Part shown: positions 57,586-64,000 of the stretch, piece after piece
How positions within the stretch are numbered: the stretch's first letter is position 1
How the letters are laid out: every line of letters starts with the position of its first letter
NCBI GenBank assembly: GCA_017471045.1
Contig: JAFUWZ010000051.1
Coordinates: 23,798 to 87,797 of the forward strand
Direction of reading: 5' to 3'
DNA length: 64,000 bases
Origin: Bacteroidales bacterium
GTDB taxonomy: Bacteria; Bacteroidota; Bacteroidia; Bacteroidales; UBA932
Position numbers and translations under genes: made by a program
The notes under the pieces: generated by a model
Seen by the model: the letters and a program-made list of their open reading frames with translations, nothing else
What the model was told of the DNA's origin: nothing
Databases searched by the model: none

Positions 57586-58740
57586 TTACTCCCGGTTGAA
57601 TTTGAGCGGCCAGGCCGTCACATCCACACAGACGCCGAAATTGACCGACCAAACCGGGCCGATCCCTTTGAAACTGGTCCGTGCTCCGTAGATCCGGAAA
57701 GCCAGGGAATGCTCTCCATATTCGCTATTATAGGAGAGGGCGGTCAGATGCCGCAGATACTTCGCCTGCAGCAGAACGCCTCCTTGCAGGCGCAGTCCGC
57801 CGCATGTGCTGGTAACCGTCTTTCCGTCCATGTCCTTCCAGCCGGTATCCTGCTCGATAAAGCTGCCACCGGCGCCCGCGAAAGGGATCAACGCCACCCG
57901 CGGCTGGTCGACGACCCGGTAACCCAGGCGGAAATTGAAGTTCCCGCCCGTATACTTTTCACTCTTCCTCCAGTCATAATCATTCTCCACATCGTGGATG
58001 AAAGCATCCTTCTTGACGGGAGATCCGAAGGCGACGCCGAAGTCGACAGCCGTATAAAACTGCTTGACCGGGACAACCCAGCCGAATTGAAGCTGATGCC
58101 GCATCCCGAGCACATCGGAGAGGGGCGAGAGGAAGGCCTCTCCTTCGTATCCCGCGTACATCCCGATACCCACGGCCGTATGCCGGATCGCCGGTTCCTC
58201 CAGCGGAGCCTCTTCCCAGGCATCCAGTTCCTCCCGCGCCTGCACCTGGTAGCGGGTCACGGCGGCGGCATCGTTACCCCGGTCCGTCTCCATCTTATAG
58301 GTCTCGTCCAGACTGCGGAGCGAGCGGCTGTAGTACTCCCGGATCTGCTCGTGGTCCTGCGGATTGGCATTCAGATCCGCCTGCATCTTCCGCCGGTTGA
58401 TCTCGACCATGTCGAACATCGTCTGGAAATAATCCATGGACCACGGCTGCCGGTATTCGGGGCATTGCCAGGAGCCCAGTTTATCCATATAAGTGACGGA
58501 GTTCATATGCCGGAACCGGAGATTGCCGATCTTGTCCTTCACCGGGACGAACTTGATGCCCCAGTTCAGATCACCGGCAACGTTGTCCAAGGTACTGGCC
58601 AGGTGCCGGACCGAAAAATCAGCCTCTGTCAGCGGGCCGTCCGACCATTCCTTGGCCGCATCTTTATAGCCAGCGGTGTTCTGGGCCATAGCCGGCAGTG
58701 CAAGGGTCGAAAGGGCCATCATCAAAAAGAATCGTTTCAT
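57586..58740 (-). CDS. Exported hypothetical protein: DUF922-like N-terminus plus probable C-terminal beta-barrel
   Basis: Signal peptide; WSDGPLTEADF and ETDRGND segments; alternating aromatic/Gly strands in the C-terminal half. Confidence 0.55.
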   Translation of the reverse strand: MKRFFLMMALSTLALPAMAQNTAGYKDAAKEWSDGPLTEADFSVRHLASTLDNVAGDLNWGIKFVPVKDKIGNLRFRHMNSVTYMDKLGSWQCPEYRQPWSMDYFQTMFDMVEINRRKMQADLNANPQDHEQIREYYSRSLRSLDETYKMETDRGNDAAAVTRYQVQAREELDAWEEAPLEEPAIRHTAVGIGMYAGYEGEAFLSPLSDVLGMRHQLQFGWVVPVKQFYTAVDFGVAFGSPVKKDAFIHDVENDYDWRKSEKYTGGNFNFRLGYRVVDQPRVALIPFAGAGGSFIEQDTGWKDMDGKTVTSTCGGLRLQGGVLLQAKYLRHLTALSYNSEYGEHSLAFRIYGARTSFKGIGPVWSVNFGVCVDVTAWPLKFNRE

Positions 58741-58746
58741 ATCGCA

Positions 58747-59481
58747 TCAGTGATTAATTTCAAACCGCGCACAGACAGCGTGGTAGCTCTCGAGCGTACC
58801 GATATCGTAGCGGGGACCGGGCATCTCCATCGCGTGGACCGGCGTGACGGAAGAAAGCCAGGCGACGAGGCTGCCGGGGGCATCGACACCGCAACCGGCT
58901 TCCAAGGCCTCGTCCAGACGGGCCAGGTCCTCCTGCCGGTAGAAATAGAAGGGCGGACAGCACCAGTGCGCTTTCGGGACAGCAGGTTTTTCCTCCATCG
59001 AGAGGATACGGCCATCCGCATCCACCTCCAGCACGCCGGATCTGCGCAGCTGCACCTCGGAAGGCTCGTAGTAGCGCATCACGCAGGAAGTCCCCTTTTC
59101 CCGGGCATAATCGAGGAACGAAGCGAGGCTGAAAGACAGCAGGTTGTCTCCTGCCAGGACCAGCCAGTCGTCCTCCGCACCGGCCGCTTCCAGGGCGAAA
59201 CGGATGTCGCGCACGGCCCCGAGCCGGGTCTCGTTGGACGAGGTGCCGTCATCGACGACCTGCACCCGGCCCCCGTATCCCGCCGCCCAGTCGCGGAAAT
59301 GACCGGCGAACTTGTGGTTAGTCACGACGACATAGCCGTCAATCCGCCCCGTCCCATCCAGATCATCGATCAGGCGGTCCAGGATGCTGCGTCCCGCCAC
59401 GTCCAGCAGCGGCTTGGGGAATTTTTCCGTCAGGGGATACAGGCGCGTGGCATAACCCGCGGCCAGGAAAAGGCATCTCAT
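58747..59481 (-). CDS. Sugar-phosphate nucleotidyltransferase (NTP_transferase family)
   Basis: LAAGYATRLYPLT..PKPLL, LAGDN, EEKP, YDIGT. Confidence 0.9.
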   Translation of the reverse strand: MRCLFLAAGYATRLYPLTEKFPKPLLDVAGRSILDRLIDDLDGTGRIDGYVVVTNHKFAGHFRDWAAGYGGRVQVVDDGTSSNETRLGAVRDIRFALEAAGAEDDWLVLAGDNLLSFSLASFLDYAREKGTSCVMRYYEPSEVQLRRSGVLEVDADGRILSMEEKPAVPKAHWCCPPFYFYRQEDLARLDEALEAGCGVDAPGSLVAWLSSVTPVHAMEMPGPRYDIGTLESYHAVCARFEINH

Positions 59482-59484
59482 ACG

Positions 59485-60555
59485 CTATAGATAAAAATCC
59501 TTGTACCAACGGGCGAAACGGCGCAGTCCTTCCCGAAGGGGGGTGGAAGGCCGGAAACCGAATTCGCGCTCCAGCGCGGACGTGTCGGCATAGGTCACCG
59601 GCACGTCGCCCGCCTGCATCGGGACCAGCTCCTTGTGCGCTTCGAAATCATAATCAGCCGGCAGGACCCCTGCAGCGACCAGTTCCTGCTGCAGGATATC
59701 GACAAACTCCAGGAGATTCTCAGGATGGCTGTTCCCGATGTTGTACACGGCATACGGAGGGACCGGGAGCCCGTCCGGTCCGGTCCGGCGCTCCGGCGCA
59801 CGGGCCATGACCCGGACCAGGCCTTCGACGATGTCGTCCACGTAGGTGAAATCACGCAGGCACTGGCCGTAGTTGAAGATCTTGATGGGCTCCCCCGCCC
59901 GGAGCTTGTCGGTAAAGCTGAAATAGGCCATGTCCGGACGTCCGGCCGGACCGTACACGGTGAAGAAACGTAGCCCCGTCGACGGGATATCGTAGAGCTT
60001 GGAATAGGCGTGCGCCATCAGTTCGTTGCTCTTCTTAGTCGCCGCATAGAGGCTGACGGGGTTGTCCACCTTGTCTTCCGTCGAGTAGGGGACCTTGGCA
60101 TTGGACCCGTAAACGGACGAACTGGATGCGTAAACGAGGTGCTCCACCCCGGATGCACCCCCGTCATAGGAACGCCGGCAGGCTTCCAGGATGTTGAAAA
60201 AGCCGACCAGGTTGCTCTCGATGTAGGCATCCGGATGGGAGATGCTGTAGCGCACCCCGGCCTGGGCGGCCAGGTTGACCACGACGGCGGGACGGTATTG
60301 CACAAAAAGGGACATCACCAGATCCTTGTCCGCGATGTTGCCCCGGACGAAAACCCATTCCGTATCCGGGTGTCCGGCGGCTTCGGAGGCGATCCGGTCC
60401 AGGCGGTACGCCTTGATCCTGACATCGTAGTAGTCATTGAGCGAATCTACGCCGATGATCCGGTCCCATCCGCCGTCTTTCAGCAGACGCAGTACCAGGT
60501 TCGCTCCGATAAAACCGGCCGCACCGGTGACAAGTACAGTCCTTTTCTGCTCCAT
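59485..60555 (-). CDS. NAD-dependent epimerase, UDP-glucuronate 4-epimerase-like
   Basis: TGAAGFIG, LAAQAGVRYS, YASSSSVYG, YAATK, RFFTVYGP.GRPDMA. Confidence 0.92.
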   Translation of the reverse strand: MEQKRTVLVTGAAGFIGANLVLRLLKDGGWDRIIGVDSLNDYYDVRIKAYRLDRIASEAAGHPDTEWVFVRGNIADKDLVMSLFVQYRPAVVVNLAAQAGVRYSISHPDAYIESNLVGFFNILEACRRSYDGGASGVEHLVYASSSSVYGSNAKVPYSTEDKVDNPVSLYAATKKSNELMAHAYSKLYDIPSTGLRFFTVYGPAGRPDMAYFSFTDKLRAGEPIKIFNYGQCLRDFTYVDDIVEGLVRVMARAPERRTGPDGLPVPPYAVYNIGNSHPENLLEFVDILQQELVAAGVLPADYDFEAHKELVPMQAGDVPVTYADTSALEREFGFRPSTPLREGLRRFARWYKDFYL

Positions 60556-60572
60556 AAGATCTTGATCGCTTA

Positions 60573-60580
60573 CAAAGTTA
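60573..60580 (-). promoter_or_regulatory. -7 element TAACTTTG for the epimerase-nucleotidyltransferase-OMP-esterase operon
   Basis: TAnnTTTG match 17 nt upstream of ATG 60555. Confidence 0.6.
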
Positions 60581-60613
60581 TGAAAAAAAACAGTAACTTA
60601 GCGATTCAATATC

Positions 60614-63064
60614 ATGATGAACATGGACATCAAACCTTTCTTCCGGAAATACGGGGCCTATCTGGTCGCTGCCGTCGTTTTCATTGCCGCTGCCGTCATT
60701 TATTGTTTTCCCGAGACCCAAGGGAAAGTCGTATATGCCGGAGACGGGACTTCCGCCGAGGCAGCTGTCCACGAGTCCGTCGAGTACACCCGGGAAACCG
60801 GCGATTACAGTTGGTGGAACGCGGCCATGTTCAGCGGTATGCCGAACTACCAGATCGGAGGCGGTCGTTACCAGTCTTCCCGCTGGCTGCGTCCCCTGAA
60901 GCTGATACTCCACCGGGGACATTCGCATACCATCTGGATCTTCATTATCTACCTCTTCTGTTTCTTCATCCTGCTCCGCTCGTTCGACATCGACAAATGG
61001 CTGTCGATCGTCGGTGCATTCGCCATAGCCCTGTCCTCCTATTTCATCGTCATCATAGCGGCCGGACACAACTCCAAGACTTCCACCATTGCCCTGATGA
61101 GTGTCGTGCTGGCCGGATTCCATCTCATCTTCCGCAAGAAGTATGGCCTGGGAGTCATCCTGGCGATGGTTTTCACCGCCTGCGGATTCAGCACGCACCC
61201 CCAGATGTCCTACTATATCTTCATGCTGATCGGCTTGCTCTGGCTGATGGAACTGTGGATCCACATCCGCGAGAAACGGATGCGGGACTTCCTTGTCGCA
61301 AGCCTGCTGTTTTTCTGCGCCGTCGGGATCGGCATCGGCACGAACATGTCCAACGTCTTCGCCAATGCCGAATATGCCCAGGAAACCATGCGCGGCGGCC
61401 ACAGCGACCTCCAGCAGGAGAACGGGCAGGCTGAGTCGAAGGGGCTGGACATAGCGTATGCCACCCAATGGAGCTACGGTGCCGACGAAGCCTTTTCTTT
61501 CCTGATTCCGGGCTTTATGGGCGGCACTTCTGCCGGTTCGCTCGACAAGGACTCCCACCTCTATAAGGCCCTGATCGCCCACGGGACCGGTGTCCGCAAT
61601 GCACGGGATCTTTGCTCGGCGCTCCCTCTTTACTGGGGTGAGCAGCCTTTCACGGCCGGGAACGTCTATATGGGCGCGATCGTATGCTTCCTCTTCCTGC
61701 TCGGCCTGCTGATCGTGGAAGGTCCTTATAAATGGGGCCTGCTGGCCGCGACCCTGTTCTCGGTGGCCCTGGCACTGGGACACAACTGCATGTGGCTGAC
61801 GGAGCTGTTCTTCCGGTATTTCCCGCTTTACAATAAGTTCCGCGCCGTGTCGTCGATCCTCATTGTCGCGGAAATCGCGATGCCGCTGCTGGGCTTCCTG
61901 GCCATCAAGGCCCTGATGGACGGCAGCGTTTCCCGCGATAAAGCCGCCAGGAGCATCCTGATCTCCGGGGGTATCACCGGTAGTCTCTGCCTGCTGCTCT
62001 TCCTGCTGGGAGGCTCGCTTTTCTCTTTCACTTCCACCCAGGACGCCCAACTGGTCCAGCAAGTTCCGGACTGGTTCTACCAGGCGCTGCTGGACGACCG
62101 GGCCAAGCTGCAACGAAGCGACAGCCTGCGCTCGCTTCTCTTCATCCTGGGCGCCGCTGCCCTACTTTGGCTGTATGCCAAGGACAAGCTGAAGGCGGGC
62201 TGGATGATCGCCGCCCTCGGCGTGCTGGTCGTCCTTGACATGTGGCCTGTCGACAAACGCTATTTCAACGACGGCAATTTCGTGCCCGAGAAAACGAGCA
62301 ACGCCGCATTCGAGATACAGCCATACGAGCAAGCCCTGCTCCAGCAGCCCGGCTATTTCCGGGTTTTCAACTTGACTTCCAATCCTTTCAACGATGCCCG
62401 CACCTCCTATCGGCTCAAGTCGGTCGGCGGATATCACGCCGCCAAACTACGCCGCTACCAGGACCTGATCGACAAGCATCTGGCCGAACTGCACATGCCG
62501 GTCATCGGCATGCTCAATGCGCGCTATCTCATCTCCAACGGCAAGGACGGGAAGCCCTCCATCTCTGAGAATCCTTACGCCCTGGGGAACGCCTGGTTTG
62601 TCTCCGACCTCATCGAGGTCGAGGATGCCAACGGAGAAATCGATTCGCTGATGAGCATCGACCTGCGCACGCAGGCCGTCATCGACAAGTCATTTGTACC
62701 CATGGCCGCCAACCTGCATCCAGGTATTCCCGAAGGCTCCTACGTCACGCTGATGGATCATACGCCGAAGTCCCTGGACTACGAGGTATTCGCCTCCGCA
62801 CCCGGCACGGTCGTCTTCTCGGAAATCTATTATCCCCATGGATGGAAAGCGACGCTGGACGGCCAAAATGTGGACCACTATCGGGTCAACTACATGCTCC
62901 GGGCCATGGATGTCCCGGCCGGTTCGCATCATATCCACTTTGTCTTCGATCCGGACAGCGTCCGCAAGGGAGACACGATCGCCGTCATCTTCTGCGCCCT
63001 GATGTACCTGCTGGTGCTCGGTATCATCGCCGCGGCCGTGTGGAGGCGATTCAAAAAAGCCTGA
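60614..63064 (+). CDS. YfhO-family polytopic membrane protein (GT-C-like)
   Basis: Many TM helices; WWNAAMFSGMP.YQ, H.QM.YY, GGYHAAKL.RYQDLI, VVFSEIYYP.GW, NYMLRA. Confidence 0.88.
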   Translation: MMNMDIKPFFRKYGAYLVAAVVFIAAAVIYCFPETQGKVVYAGDGTSAEAAVHESVEYTRETGDYSWWNAAMFSGMPNYQIGGGRYQSSRWLRPLKLILHRGHSHTIWIFIIYLFCFFILLRSFDIDKWLSIVGAFAIALSSYFIVIIAAGHNSKTSTIALMSVVLAGFHLIFRKKYGLGVILAMVFTACGFSTHPQMSYYIFMLIGLLWLMELWIHIREKRMRDFLVASLLFFCAVGIGIGTNMSNVFANAEYAQETMRGGHSDLQQENGQAESKGLDIAYATQWSYGADEAFSFLIPGFMGGTSAGSLDKDSHLYKALIAHGTGVRNARDLCSALPLYWGEQPFTAGNVYMGAIVCFLFLLGLLIVEGPYKWGLLAATLFSVALALGHNCMWLTELFFRYFPLYNKFRAVSSILIVAEIAMPLLGFLAIKALMDGSVSRDKAARSILISGGITGSLCLLLFLLGGSLFSFTSTQDAQLVQQVPDWFYQALLDDRAKLQRSDSLRSLLFILGAAALLWLYAKDKLKAGWMIAALGVLVVLDMWPVDKRYFNDGNFVPEKTSNAAFEIQPYEQALLQQPGYFRVFNLTSNPFNDARTSYRLKSVGGYHAAKLRRYQDLIDKHLAELHMPVIGMLNARYLISNGKDGKPSISENPYALGNAWFVSDLIEVEDANGEIDSLMSIDLRTQAVIDKSFVPMAANLHPGIPEGSYVTLMDHTPKSLDYEVFASAPGTVVFSEIYYPHGWKATLDGQNVDHYRVNYMLRAMDVPAGSHHIHFVFDPDSVRKGDTIAVIFCALMYLLVLGIIAAAVWRRFKKA

Positions 63065-63073
63065 CAAGCGCCG

Positions 63074-64000
63074 CTATACGAAACGCTTTTTCGCCTCACG
63101 CCGCAGGACCCACAAAGCCAGGCGGGGGCGGCGGGCGATCCATTTCACCATCTTCCGGACCTTGAAGCTCTTTCTGACATATTTGTTGGCTGCAGGGGCG
63201 GGAACATGCTGCAGGAGTGCCGGATACAGTTCATCCCTCAAAACAGCGGGATCCGGCCTGGCAGCGTTTGCGACATAGGTCAGCGCAGCCATCAGGAAAG
63301 CCTTTTTCACATAGATAAAGTCCATCTCGTCCTTGTACGGCTCGTACAGGTCGTGCCGACGGGCATAAGCGAGCAGATCTTCAAAAGAACGCAGTTTCTG
63401 CCTGTACTTGCCGGGATCCACCTTGGTCGAGAGAGAACGGCTCCGGAGGACGTAATGATACAGCGGCTTCTCCACCGTGGCGATCCGTCGCGCGGCGAGA
63501 ATGCAGCAGGTCAGGAAACAAGTGTCTTCGCTGCTTGACGTGCCGGGAAAACGCAAGGCATGCCGGACCAGAAACTCACGACGATACAAAAAAGTCCAGA
63601 AATAGGAAACGAACTGGGTCAGGAAGGCCTTGTGCTTCTTTTCATTGAAATCACCGGAAGAGATACGGGGATGGGTCAATTCCCGGGAAGACCCGTCCCT
63701 GAGGTTATCCTGACGGAGATCGCACCAGGACAGGTCGGCGTTTTTCCTCGCCGCCGCCTTATAGAGCGATTCACAGAAATCCCGTTCGATCCAGTCATCG
63801 CTGTCCACAAAGGCGATATACTCCCCCGTCGCAGCCTCAATACCGATATTGCGCGCCACCCCCGGGCCTGAATTGGAGGGGGTCTCCAGAAAGCGGAACT
63901 GTTTCTTGCCGGAATACCCTTCCGCATAGCGACGGACCGCATCCATGCTGTCGTCCGATCCATGGTCATCGACAAACAGCAGTTCGATGTCCTCCAGGCT
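63074..64000 (-). CDS. Glycosyltransferase family 2 (5' end outside the window)
   Basis: Frame is open to the window edge: ..IELLFVDDHGSDDS.., ARNIG, YIAFVDSDD (DxD), SEDTCF. Confidence 0.92.
   Translation of the reverse strand, partial: SLEDIELLFVDDHGSDDSMDAVRRYAEGYSGKKQFRFLETPSNSGPGVARNIGIEAATGEYIAFVDSDDWIERDFCESLYKAAARKNADLSWCDLRQDNLRDGSSRELTHPRISSGDFNEKKHKAFLTQFVSYFWTFLYRREFLVRHALRFPGTSSSEDTCFLTCCILAARRIATVEKPLYHYVLRSRSLSTKVDPGKYRQKLRSFEDLLAYARRHDLYEPYKDEMDFIYVKKAFLMAALTYVANAARPDPAVLRDELYPALLQHVPAPAANKYVRKSFKVRKMVKWIARRPRLALWVLRREAKKRFV

Noticed and set aside
58747-59481. The nucleotidyltransferase often found in lasso/PqqD clusters
   Set aside because: This protein is a sugar-1-phosphate NTP-transferase (LAAGYATRL..PKPLL) in a glycan context, a different family.

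Overview
This is a chromosomal segment of a GC-rich Bacteroidota (Bacteroidales) bacterium. The assignment is inferred from two SusC/SusD pairs, many TAnnTTTG (-7) promoter motifs and the general lack of Shine-Dalgarno sequences; a rumen/gut Rikenellaceae-RC9-like lineage is a guess. Positions 1-29.5 kb are mostly housekeeping genes: addAB-like, alr, coaD, ung, lon, HU, bS22, RNase G/E, rluD, nagB, lnt, ruvC, serS, rpmA, rplU and rpsU. Positions 29.6-55.6 kb hold two back-to-back SusCD surface-lipoprotein operons. Positions 55.6-64 kb hold an esterase fusion, a hypothetical OMP and surface-glycan genes. The most interesting signal is a RiPP-like cassette at 2.9-6.2 kb (HPr-kinase-like enzyme, S24/S26 peptidase, PqqD/RRE, ABC exporter) with no precursor and no cyclase. 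A 59-aa peptide below the ORF-track cutoff (44023-44202) carries a YxxP RRE-type leader motif, heads the second SusCD operon and is a candidate substrate encoded in trans. Other signals are a degenerate copy of the nagB 3' end, a possible 6S-like RNA, several apparently leaderless genes, a lone strong SD before rpsU and a sigma54-like site before lon. I found no CRISPR array, tRNA, rRNA, transposase or integrase. All family calls come from motif recognition by eye, not from database searches.
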